A DNA stretch of 64,000 nt, from assembly GCA_043228905.1 (NCBI GenBank), contig JBHGNT010000005.1:12896001-12960000 (forward strand), written 5' to 3'. A model generated the notes under the pieces. It saw only the letters and a list, made by a program, of their open reading frames with translations. It was not told the origin of the DNA and did not search any database. The translations under genes were made by a program, and so were the position numbers. Within the stretch, counting starts at the first letter, position 1. Each line of letters begins with the position of its first letter. The DNA is from Azolla caroliniana. Its lineage: Eukaryota > Plantae > Polypodiophyta. Shown piece by piece: positions 1 through 11,342 of this stretch.

Positions 1-216
1 GATTCTAAGATTGTGCGCAATAAGCTTTATTATCTAGTTGATTGGCTTGGTTATCCTCCGAGTGATCGCACTTGGGAACCCATCGATAACGTTTGTAATG
101 CTGAAGCTCTGGTCAACGACTTCCATCGTCACTATCCAAACAAGCCCGGCCCAACAATGTTAACGCCGACTTCCACTCGGCGTTCTCGAAGGAGGGATAG
201 TGTCATGAACACATGA
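1..216 (+). CDS. Integrase C-terminal chromodomain (partial, runs off the window start)
   Basis: DSKIVRNKLYYLVDWLGYPPSDRTWEPIDNV..AEALVNDFHRHYPNKP fits the retrotransposon chromodomain pattern YLVxWxGY...TWEP. Confidence 0.85.
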   Translation, partial: DSKIVRNKLYYLVDWLGYPPSDRTWEPIDNVCNAEALVNDFHRHYPNKPGPTMLTPTSTRRSRRRDSVMNT

Positions 217-222
217 CCATTA

Positions 223-290
223 TGGCGTCACCCGGACTTGAACCTCGAACCTTGTAATTCATACTTGAAAACCTCAACCATTAAGATAGC
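223..290 (-). other. tRNA-derived / Pol III A-box and B-box sequence inside the LTR U3
   Basis: The minus strand reads TATCTTAATGG ... GGTTCAAGTCC GGGTGACGCCA, with canonical T8-to-G53 spacing. The acceptor stem does not pair, so this is not an intact tRNA. Confidence 0.5.
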
Positions 291-358
291 TTATTGTTAT
301 ATGAAACAATAAAAGCTATTTCTTGTATTACATTGATTATTGTAAAAACTCTAGATTA

Positions 359-455
359 TTCTAGAATGTTCTAGAATGTCCTAGAGCATTCTAGGTCTAG
401 AACATTCTAGAACATTCTAGAAATCTCTAAGCTATTCTATAGGAACCTATAAATA
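359..455 (+). promoter_or_regulatory. Heat-shock element array and TATA box in the LTR
   Basis: TTCtaGAAtgTTCtaGAA and GAAcaTTCtaGAAcaTTCtaGAA (alternating nGAAn units, 359-422), followed by TATAAATA at 448-455. Confidence 0.75.
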
Positions 456-609
456 AGCGCATACATGTATTCTCAAATCAATTCGAATCAACACTAGTCT
501 TTAGCTCTCATTACATATCTTGTATCCATTCTCTTTCTTTCTCTATCTTATACATCCATTCTTCTCTATCCTTCTTCCATCACTCTATCTTTTATCCTTG
601 GTTCTGACA

Positions 610-3600
610 ATGGCAAGCACTGGCAGGTTGCTAGATAACACTAACCATGGAGAAGCTACTTCAACTAGTCCCACGGTTCCGCCAGGCCGTAGAGGATCGC
701 ATAACGGGCAGACCTGGGGGTAAGCATCTCCGCCAACTTTACGGACACCAGCACCGGACCAACGGTGGTGGATCACCACAATCTGGCTCTTAAGTTGATA
801 TTACCTGGTCAAGAAATCACAGGATGCGTAATCGACGACGGCTCTGGCATCAATGTAATTAGCGCGAAGACATGCAAACAATTGGGAATTTCAGAATGGG
901 AAGCTTGGCCGTTTTGGCTTCACATGGCGGATACTCGCTCAATAAGGCCTTTAGGCTTAATACGAAAATTAGGCATTATCAGTGGCGGACATTGCTTCGA
1001 CGTCTCGGCCGTAGTCCTCGCCCTCGACGCCCGAGGAGCGTATCCTATGCTGCTTGGCAGACCTTGGCTTCGATCAACAAATATCAAATAGAGCTGGCAA
1101 CATAAGTGCATCAGTTTTCGACGCGGACGCACCAAGGTTCGCGTACCCACAGAGGAAATGACGGCACAACCCAAGGGCATAACACTGTTATACGCGGAAG
1201 ATATAAATATGCTGGTTGGGGTGGATGATACAGAATTAGAAGTATACCTCGACGAGCACCCCCGAATCATTCCGCTATTCGAAATCGACGTCATAGAAAC
1301 CGCGGCGGATTACGCCACGCCTACTGTGCTCCACGACGAGGCTTACAAACCAGACCCAGAGTCAATATTAGAATTAAGCAGAGCATGGGCGGTGTTCGAG
1401 AGGGAAATGGAAATTTCACGACGAGTCGCTGCCTCAGCCCTAGAAGAAGTAAACATAGGTACGGATCAAAGAGAGGCGATGATAGCACTACTCAGGAAGT
1501 ATAAAGATGTGTTTTCTTGGTGCCATGAGGACATGAAGGGATTAGATCCGAAGTTCTATCAACATAAGATCAATTTAGCGACCGATGCGAAACCAGTCTA
1601 GCAACGTCGATACCGCATGAACCCAAATTACGCAGCTCGCGTAAAAGAGGAAATTGACAAACTCCTCAAGGCCAGATTCATTCGACCAGTCAAACAAGCT
1701 ACATGGTTAAGCCCGATAGTAGGCGTACCAAAGAAAAATGGCAAAATACGTGTGTGCATGGACTACCGGAAATTGAACGTCGTAACCATTACAGACGCAT
1801 TCCCTTTACCTTTCATCGACAACGTACTGGATGCCGTCACAGGGCATGCCATGTACAACTTTCTAGATGGCTTCAATGGGTACAATCAAGTACGCATGCA
1901 CCCCGACGACCAAGAGAAGACGGTGTTTGTCACGGACTGGGGAGTCTATGTGGTGGTCGTCATGATGTTCGGGCTAAAGACGGCACCAACTACATTTCAA
2001 CGGACAATCATGGAGATTTTTGGGGAATATATACCCGCCTTCATGCAGGTATTTTTAGACGATTTTGCAGTATATGGGATAGCAATAGAACATTTTATGC
2101 ATCTATAACTTTGCTTGGAGCGTTGCCAAACTGCACGCTTAAGCCTGAATCCCGCCAAATGCGCCTTCGGCGTCACCAGCGGGGCCCTCCTCAGCCACCT
2201 AGTCAGTAAGGAGGGGATAGAAGTCGATCCGAACAAAATCTCCGCGATTACTCACACAAAAACACCGACAAACGCCAAAGCACTCAGCCGGTTTCTGGGA
2301 CAAATACGATGGCACAACCGGATGATACACTATTTGGCGGATTTCGCCACACCATTACATGCCGTCGTTCACCATAGCCCTTTCAAATGGATAACAACGG
2401 AAGAGAAGGCGTATGATACGCTAGAAATAATGCTAACGCAGGCACCGGTCGTACAACCACCAGTTTGGGCGAAACCATTTCACGTGTTTGTGGATGCCTC
2501 AGATATAGCAATAGGTAGTGCGCTGATGTTGCTCACGGAGCCGAATTGGTACCGACTAGTGTACTACGCTAGTCGGAAACTATCAACGGCTAAGCGTAAC
2601 TATTCCACAACGGAACGTGAAGCGTTGGGTATGATATACAACATCAATAAATTCCAGCATTATCTGCTAGGGTGAAAATTCATGTTTCACGTGGATCATA
2701 TGGCATTGCTATATTTGGTGGGGAAATAGGCATTGATGGGAAAATTGGCCAAATGGATGTTGTTGCTCCAAGAATTCGACTTTGTAATTCAGCACCGACC
2801 GGGTACGCAACACGTGGTGGCGGATTTCTTGAGCAGATTAGATAATGGAGAAATGGTGCAAAAACATGACGACGACTTTCCGAATGCGAACATTTTGCGT
2901 ATAGCAACTTTAGTAGCAAGAACAAAAAAGACTTTTCTGGATCGGTGGTTGATGGAAATGAACTACTTTCTGACCACGGGGTTACCGCCACCCCAATTAA
3001 GGACGGACGAGAAAAAATGGCTGACCGTACGGAGTCGTAATTTTTGTTTAGTTGAAGACGTCTTATATCACAAAGGTAGTGACGACATCTAGAGGCGCGG
3101 AATACGACAGGATGAGAAGGCAACGGTTTTACGTGAAGTCCATTGTGGTACAGTGGGAGGACATTACGCGGGTGATGTTACGGCCCGGAAAATCTGGCAA
3201 GCAGGACTTTGGTGGACGTCTACGCAAAAGGATGCGTATGAATATTGCAAATAGTGCGATTTATGCCAACAGATGGGCCAACCCACGGACGTCGCGAGAA
3301 TGTCACATCAACCGGTGTTGCTGTTGGATCCTTTCCAAAAGTGGGGGCTGGATTTTGTGGGACCCTTTACCCCGACGACTGCTCGAATAGGCAATAAGTA
3401 TATCCTGGTGGTTACGGATTACTGCACCAAGAGGGTAGAAGTGAAACCACTACGCTAAAATACCGCGATAGTCATGGCGAAATTCCTGTATGAACATATC
3501 TGGTGTCGTTTTGGCTGCCCTATTAAGCTCATTAGTGACCAAGGGAGTCACTTTTTGAATATGGTCATTAGCGAACTGACCCAACACTACGATGTGGTTC

Positions 3601-4205
3601 ACAAAAAGAGTACGCCATATTACCCACAGGCAAATGGCTTGGCCGAATCCACGAACAAAACATTACAAACTATCCTTAAAAAGATAGTCAATGAGAACAG
3701 AACAGATTGGGATACCAAATTGCACAGTGCATTATGGGCATATCGAACCACGCCTTTCAGGCTTGCATTTGGGCTGGAGGCCATAATGCCAGTCGAATTC
3801 CAGGTACCCAGTCTGCAGATTGAAGTACGAGACCGGCTGCCAGAGGGCAAATTCGAACAAATACGACTACAACAATTGCTAGAACTAAGCGAAACCCGGG
3901 TACGCATTATGGCCATATTGGAACAAGAACATCGACGTCGCAAAGCATTCGTGGACCGACATCAGCATGCACGTGAAAAGGATTTTATGGTCGGGAAGGC
4001 GGTATTAGTTTTTCAAACACGCATGGGGCAAATCCCAAGAAAATTAAGATTCTGCTGGACAGGCCCGTACTGGATAGTTGGAGCGGAAAATGACACGTTT
4101 CAACTTGGCAGCTTGGCCGGAGAGGTGCTCCGACAAAAGGTGAATGGGTTTCGCTTAAAACCCTACCTGGGGCTTACGCCACTTAACCCGTTCCCCGCCG
4201 AATAG
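610..4205 (+). pseudogene. pol (protease, RT, RNase H, integrase) with several stops and deletions
   Basis: VIDDGSGINVI (PR), KKNGKIRVCMDYRKLN and VFLDDF (RT), FVDASD and NYSTTEREAL (RH), [25 protein letters not shown] (IN). Confidence 0.92.
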
Positions 4206-4589
4206 GACAAAGCCAGCGAATCCGCGGAGTAAGTATAGGGCCCTACTTGTACTATAGTGTAAAAATAATATTGTATGTAACCGTTACGAAAAAAAAAAGA
4301 AAAAATAGAAAAAAGAGAGAGAAGATAGCAACGCTATTAAAAGGACTTGATGCATGCACAAACTTCTAGAGCAAGAACACGCGGCACCATGATGGCTCAC
4401 AAACCAATGAACCCTAGGCCACAGAAAGAAGAAAATCGAAGGTTTAATGCAGAGTACAGAAACCAACCTTCTAACTCTCATCGCTCTCACCGCTCCCCTC
4501 ACTCACCTTCCTCTCCATCCTACCACAGAGCCCAAGTTCGCCATAGCCAACATACCTCACCCACTATCCACGAGTCTCACCCTCCTACG

Positions 4590-7181
4590 ATGACGATCCC
4601 TATTTCTTCCGCCTTGTGTAGATGGCTTGTCGAAAAGCATCTGGATGGATACATCAAAGTCGCCGAGGCACCCGCTCATCTTAAAGCCCTGGACATCGCC
4701 ACGAAACTCAATATAGACATGGTCACCAACTCATTAATGCGGAAGAAGCTTGACCTGTCATCGCTCAAAGAAAGACATTTTGACATTCCTCTTGTGGAAA
4801 CCTTGCAGAGATATTTCAGGGCATATTCGGCGTCCGCCAAGGCATACAGGGCAAAGGAAATCCCTGATCCCTTCTTCCGCGAAATAGCCAAGTTCTTGTT
4901 GGAAGTCGGATGCGTGCATGTAAATGCCTATGGGATGCCAAAACAGAAGGCAGGCATCATCATTGATACCTTTGAAGGGTGCGTGGTCGATTGGGGGGTC
5001 ATTACGGGACCAACGTTATGGGAAGGCCTGTACGTATATCAAGGCGGAAAAAAGCTAAGGCCAATCATACAATTGTATCTGATGATACTATTCCCACCCT
5101 AGGGTCTGCTCGCACCACAACCCAGCAAGCCCACGCCGCTGCTACGTTTCGCGAAATGGAGGTTAGTGGAATTGGCCACCACAGAATGGGATGATGAACC
5201 CCAATCGGCCCAACCCAACACACAGACAACACATGAAGAACGACCGGAGTGCAGGGAAGAAGCCCCGCAAGAGCAGGAAGCCGAGCAACGTCAGGAAAGC
5301 CTGAGGCCGAAATGGCGGAGGCTGGACAGGAAAGATGGGCGTGGATTAGTGAAAGACACACTTGCGGCCACAAAGACGATCGTTGTAGCTATGGAGCCCA
5401 ACACCACTTTCGAAATAATCTAGGAACCATGACTGATCATTATGGCCCAGTCTTAGCAGTGGAAAGGCGTATTTATGGCAGAAAGCGAGGTCCTGAAGTA
5501 TCCGGACATTCCGGACACAACCCTTGAGTTCGGCGCACTATTACAGTTCGGCACTACTTACGAACTCATGGAATTTTTGGCAACGCAACAAATAAAAGTC
5601 TCACAACGAATGACCGAGAAGCATGCAGAGCAACAAATGATTGAGCGCGCACTAACACAAACAACGGAAAGCGATGATGAGGGGCCGCTAGCCAGACTAG
5701 GTAGACAACGAAATGTTGGAATACACTGAATGGGAATTGAACTACCCCCATTAAATGCGGCCCTCGTCGAGGTTCATAGGGAACTGGCAAAGGTCAGTCT
5801 TGGCGCCAAGGATATGGCGATTAAAAATAAAAATGTCTGGAAAACGGTTAAACAGACCCAAGCCGAACTACAAAAGGCCAACGAATGCATCGCGGAGTTG
5901 GAACGTAATGCGATTACGGCGCAACAGGCATCTCGACCAACAGACAATGCCGATGAGGCCCAGTCCCTGAGAGAAGAGGTTGAAGTACATACCGCCATTG
6001 CCTCGAAAGCAAAGAGGGTCGTGCAGCTGACGGAATCGGAGATTGACCACCTCTGTTCCGAACCTCACCAATCCTCTGACAGAGAAAAGGATATCCGGGC
6101 CAACGGCCGAAAGGCAGTGAAGACCCTTGAAGAGAAACTCGTAGCCGAGGCAGCACAGCACACCCGCACGAAAGAAGAAAACTCCAAACTATGGGAGGAA
6201 GCGCAAAAATTGGAAACGATGATCACGGGACTCCATGCGTTATTGGAAAAGAAGAAAGCGTGGTTCGACGAGCAGCTTGTATGGGAATAGGAGGTGAGGC
6301 ATCAGCTCGAAATCCACCTGAACAATGAAATGGGAAAGTTGGACGAATTACATTCGATGGAAGATTCTCAGTTATGGGTAGGAATGAGGAGCAATTATGA
6401 GGAAGTGACGGCGGTCAGTAAACAAGAAATCGAAAACCTCAAGAAAACCATGGAAGAAGCACACAACCGCTGCCAAGCAATAACTGACAACATGCACATC
6501 CTTCTTCAAACAAATCGGGAGCAATTACAAGCGGCACTAGACAAACCGGGCGGACTGGGACAACCGAAGAAAAGACGGCTGAGGTTTCTACAAACTCAAT
6601 GAGGAAAGCATTGCGACAGTACACGAGGACCTAGCACAGGATTATCGCACGCTAGCGGACCAACACTCCGAGGAACTCGCGCAACTACTAGAAGATTTTG
6701 GCGAATCATGCAAGCCGACAGCACGCGACCAAATGAGGAATCCACCGTGATACCAGTAAAGGATACTATCGAACGAGAGGAACCTCAGCCCACGTCACCG
6801 GAAATAACCACTACGGTAGGCAGCACGGAACAACAAGCAGAGCTCCCCGCGATACTGGAAAGTGAGACCGTCGAATAGGACGAACCTCAGCCCCATTCAC
6901 CGGAACGTACGACTACGGCCGGCAACACGGAGGAAGTTACAGACAGCACAGAGCCTCAACCTCCCGAGAGCCCACAAGCGAATGAGCCAGCCACAGTAGA
7001 GCGGGAGGAGCCAGCAGAGCCCGGACCGCCCACACAGGGAGACCTTAACACCATGGAAAGCCCCACCGAGCACGTACAAGACATGGAACCGCGCAACAAC
7101 GTGCCTACGGACACTATGCCGTCCCCGGACCAGGACATCAGGGCGGAACCAAACATCCGGGCCATTTTGGAGGTAGATTAA
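4590..7181 (+). pseudogene. Third (extra) ORF of Gypsy A, disrupted
   Basis: N-terminus aligns with ORF3 of Gypsy F (HLDGYI/HGLDGFL, RYF..YS..K.YR, DPFFREIA/DPLFREIA, MPK..AG.II.T.EG..VDW), followed by coiled-coil-like fragments. Confidence 0.75.
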
Positions 7182-7228
7182 AGGAGTGGGTCCGACGTGC
7201 CATGGCACTGTCCCACATGCGTGCCAGG

Positions 7229-7695
7229 TGTTGTCCGCCAGAATAGTAACCAACGGACAGAAGCGAAGGAGTATTATAACATAGTAAAAGCATAAGAAAC
7301 GTATGTAACGGTTCACGTGGGAAGCGTGAACGGCTAAAAGACCTTGTGTATATAAAGGGAAGAAATCCTCTGTAAGAGGTAACGTGTAATTTTGGTGCAT
7401 AGAGTGTTATTCTAATAGAGTACTATCTTCTCTGATTTCTGTGCATATTTGTGGTTGATCTACTATGTTCTTCGATTCTCTGTGGCGTATTGTAATTGTA
7501 AGGGTGTAGGCGTAAGTGCGGTTACTAGTGCACTGTCTAAGGAGTTCGGTTGTAGCCGTCTCCCTTATACGCTACTAGGATACGGGGAAGTATCCCATTA
7601 CGTATTACGGTACGATAGTATCATTCTTTGCAACGCAGTCACCTTGTGGTCTAGGTCGAAGGACTGACTGTAGACAGTGTTCCTAATCGGTAACA
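7229..7695 (+). repeat. 3' LTR of Gypsy A
   Basis: TGTTG...TAACA termini; starts at the same position relative to the conserved motif as the Gypsy F 3' LTR; TATATAAAGG near 7349; CACCTTGTG shared with the F LTR. The partner LTR is not in the window. Confidence 0.65.
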
Positions 7696-8470
7696 CTCAC
7701 ATGCATTGCGATGAGAGATAGGGCGTTGGGGCACAAGTGATGAGAGTGGTCGGTTATGCACACTTTGCCCTAAACAAGTTCGCGAATCTGAGTATGACAC
7801 TTTGATACAATGCTCTGCCTTTGATCATATTCGACTATGCTTTCCACACCTCTTCGACTGAGCCCAATCGTTGCATGAATTCCTCTCACAACCACAATGT
7901 GCACTCTCGATTGCAACATTCATTGGTAAAGTTCTTGAACATTGAGAGTCATTACTCACTTTCACACGTATCACGTGAAATGTAATATTTTTGGTCTCAT
8001 AGGTCATATTTGACCTCTGAAGAAGATAATATAATCTATTTATCTCTCTTTGTCTTGTGTACGATTTTGTAAGGAAGCCTTTGCTCGCACCGAAAGACTG
8101 TGAACTCTGAACCAGAGGCTTCTTGATCTGTCTGTGTGCGTGTGTGGGTGGGGGGTGTGTTTCGTAGAATGTACGGCTTTGCTACTGGCCGAGCCCGGTT
8201 GTAATATGCTTACCTTAATCTATTAGCTTCTTGTTTCAGGTTTTCATCTATTTTTGTTTCTTCGTAACTGGTTTCCCGTTCTACCTACGAACTGCGCGAT
8301 ACGGTTCCTTCCGCGAAACTACACACTCGTTGTCCAACTTCCAGTAACCGATCAGGCACACCGTGACGGTTGCTCTTCCTACTCCCTCAGACTGCTTGGT
8401 TCGACACCCCCATGGCCTTCTCGTTTCAACACTTACTCGCGGAAAACCGCGACACCGTGCTACACATCCT
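7696..8470 (+). repeat. Possible degenerate LTR fragment of another retroelement
   Basis: U5-like wording (GGTTCGACACC, CTTACTCGCGGAAAACCGCGAC, GCTACACATC); no partner copy to confirm it. Confidence 0.25.
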
Positions 8471-9714
8471 TGGTTGACTGTGGTGATTGATATATTTCAA
8501 ACCCGGGTCTCTCCTAAGTGCATCATGGCATTCAAAAGAGCATATGGCACCCAACAATGTGCTTCAACAAACAGTGTAAGGAAATATATGCCACCCAAAA
8601 TTTGGATGTCCAACAACATATCTTGATATTGTTTGTTCAATTCAAACCTTTTGTTTCAAGCCAATGGCTAAAGCAATCCGTTTTTGCAGGGGTGTGGCCT
8701 TCCCACCAAGGATGTATATGTGAAATCTTGAGAGGGACACACAACATTTCCTCTTAAGAATAACGAATAACATATCTAGGATTAAACCATTAAAACTACA
8801 CTTTGATGATTGACATTAAAAGTCGGGTCATTAAATTCCTAGAGTTGATGAGACAAGTTCATTATTTGATGTCAGTCAACATCTTTGATGACATGGCCTA
8901 AAACTATGGTTGGTGTTGTAGCATTGTATGTGTTGATGAAAAAGGGGATTGCTTTGTTGACTAGAAGTTTAATCTTCATTTTCTTGTGAAGGGATTGTTG
9001 AGACATTGAGAAGAAGTGACGAATTCAACAATGTTGGGAAATGTTTTGGTTAGTTTTGGATATTGGATGAACCTTTGAAGCAAAGTTGGTTCTTGTGAGG
9101 GAGAGACCATGAGGATTGTGTGGAAAAAGACTAGCATGATATTCGAATGGATGCAAAGTTGGTTTTTGTGAGGGAGAATGATTAGGATGATTGTGTCACT
9201 ACTTTAACTAGGTCCCAAAATAGGAGTAGATTTAGAGAAGTGGCCATGTGCATCATTGCATGCAGTATGGAGGCCACTGCAATATCCCGTACCATTTAAT
9301 GGCTTGGTTGGTAGAGGCCTCAAGGTTAAGTGTTTTCCTCTTCTCAATCTTTAGGGAATCAAGTTATCAATTCACTTAATGAATCATAATAATCAACGTA
9401 GTTCACAAGAGCTTACTTTCTCTGCTCAATCAACCCTCAAACTCCATGTTAAACAAATTGTACATCCCATCCTACGAGGAAGGAAAATCCAATTATGATA
9501 CTTGGATTGCACTTCAACCCGAGTCATACTCTTCCAAACTCATGTGAGGACCAGTGAATCAAGACAATGCTTGAAAGGTGGCTAAATCTTTGTATGAACC
9601 ATAGAATGTAATATTCGTGTTCGTGCAAGCATTCAAACGTTTGAAAACGAACACGTTTGAAAAAGGGAAAAATGTGTGTTCTTTATTTTTTTTCATTCAT
9701 TGTTATTACAAAGT

Positions 9715-10095
9715 CAACTCACCGTAGTGGTAAGGAGTCATGCTTTTGTTGTCTATGTCTTTTATAGTTATTTTCTTTTCTTTTATCCCCTTATTATTAT
9801 TAGAAATAAACTCAACCTAGTGGTAAGTTGCCATGCTACTATTGCTTGTGTCTTGGGGTCAATCCTCACATATCCTCTTGTTAGTGTCATGGCAAAATTT
9901 TATGTTAGTGTAATGTTCCTTTTTTTTTTCTTTGTTATTAGAAATTAGCTCACCCGATGGTAAGTTGTTATGCTACTATTGCCTATGTCATGGCAAAATT
10001 TTATGTTAGTGTCATGTTCCTTTTTCTTTTTTCTTTGTTATTAGAAATTAGCTCACCCTAGTGGTAAGTTATGCTACTACTGCCTATGCCATGTT
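9715..10095 (+). repeat. Degenerate tandem repeat, about 4 units of roughly 100-135 bp
   Basis: CTCAcCctAGTGGTAAG..ATGCTACTATTGC recurs near 9718, 9811, 9949 and 10052. Confidence 0.75.
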
Positions 10096-10226
10096 TTCTT
10101 CATATTCTCGAATATACGTTTTATGACTTTTTGAACATTTGATTATAATTTATAATGACATATTTTGATTCAATCTCTATAGTTCATACTCATTTTTTTG
10201 TAAAGTTCTAAAGTGAGGATGATAGC

Positions 10227-10343
10227 GATGTCTTGATTCTTAAGAAGCATCCCAAAGGTAGGCATGTGATACAATGCAAATATTGCAACCATACTTATGT
10301 TGGTGGTTCACAATGGATTAGAGTCCACTTATTGGGATTGAGA
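10227..10343 (+). pseudogene. BED zinc-finger remnant, probably a hAT transposase N-terminus
   Basis: Translates as DVLILKKHPKGRHVIQCKYCNHTYVGGSQWIRVHLLGLR (CxxC...GG..I..HLLG). Confidence 0.6.
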
Positions 10344-10396
10344 ATGAATCAATCTATAATATAGACCATAGTCAATCCAATCCAACTTTGAGATGA

Positions 10397-10649
10397 TTTA
10401 CCATACACGTTTGATTGAATCATTCTCGAATGCGAATGCACGTATGATACGTATGGTTCATTCTATGATATGAACTAATAGATCCCTGGTCCCAATGTCA
10501 ACCTTAGAGTTTTCCTTCCTTTAAAGTTTGGCTTCATTGACTCTTTTGTTCATGCCCGTAACTTACTATCCCTATATACAACAATAGATTCCTAGTCACT
10601 ATGTTGCGTTTAAAGTTTTTGATCCTTTAAAGTTAACTTCATTGAGTCA

Positions 10650-10681
<32 letters not shown>

Positions 10682-11085
10682 CATAACATAATACCTTAAT
10701 TTAAGAGTAACAATGTTGCAATACAAAAGGGGAAAATGGGCTCTCAATGACTTTGTGTATGGGTATGTCACATGTGCAAACATATCAATTCACTCGAAGA
10801 ATTATAGTTATAAGGGCTAGTTCAAGGCAGGTAACATGAAAACTAGATAACAATTGAGATGATACAAAAAGTTTTCCATCAAGATGGGAAAATTTCATTC
10901 TCATTGATAGTGTTTTTTATTCCCAATAGGCTAGGATGAATATATAACCATAGAGAACCTAACACATAGGATTGTGATATGGATAGAAGAATGTACTATA
11001 TCATTCATAGTACATAGTATGAGCCAGGCACACCATACATGCATTCGCATTCGAGAATGTTTCAATCATTCGAGTATATGGTAAA
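10397..11085. repeat. Inverted repeat pair (10397-10447 and 11035-11085), MITE-like
   Basis: TTTACCATACACGTTTGATTGAATCATTCTCGAATGCGAATGCACGTATG closely matches the reverse complement of 11035-11085; a (TG)n microsatellite lies between at about 10653-10681. Confidence 0.7.
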
Positions 11086-11342
11086 CATCCTCGAAGGATG
11101 GTAAATACCATACTTTTGTGTTCATTATTTATTATAAGGTAAATTTATTGTTAAATCGGTCCCTCCAGATGGGATCCGGCTATGAATGGAGAAGACTCGG
11201 TGAGAACCGGAAGAGATCCGAAAACCGGATCAGTGGACCCGGTGAGAATCGGAAGTAAAGACAGATTTGTAAATATGTCTTGAATAAGCCCTTTTATTTG
11301 TAAATAGCCCTAAGTTCATATAACTATAAATATGACTTAGGG

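Larger units (their letters stand above)
1..609 (+). mobile_element. 3' end of a Ty3/gypsy chromovirus (Tcn1-like), inserted into Gypsy A
   Basis: Chromodomain ORF, then purine tract GAAGGAGGGATAG (188-200), then an LTR bounded by TGTCA (201) and TGACA (609). Gypsy A pol sequence resumes at 610. Clade is inferred from the chromodomain style. Confidence 0.85.
201..609 (+). repeat. 3' LTR of the chromovirus
   Basis: TGTCA(T)GAAC...GTTCTGACA inverted termini, preceded by a PPT; internal TATA at 448. Confidence 0.8.
610..7695 (+). mobile_element. Gypsy A: decayed non-chromovirus Ty3/gypsy element related to Gypsy F; 5' part lies outside the window
   Basis: PR-RT-RH-IN order, a third ORF and a 3' LTR; collinear protein similarity with 53530-60781. 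Confidence 0.9.
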
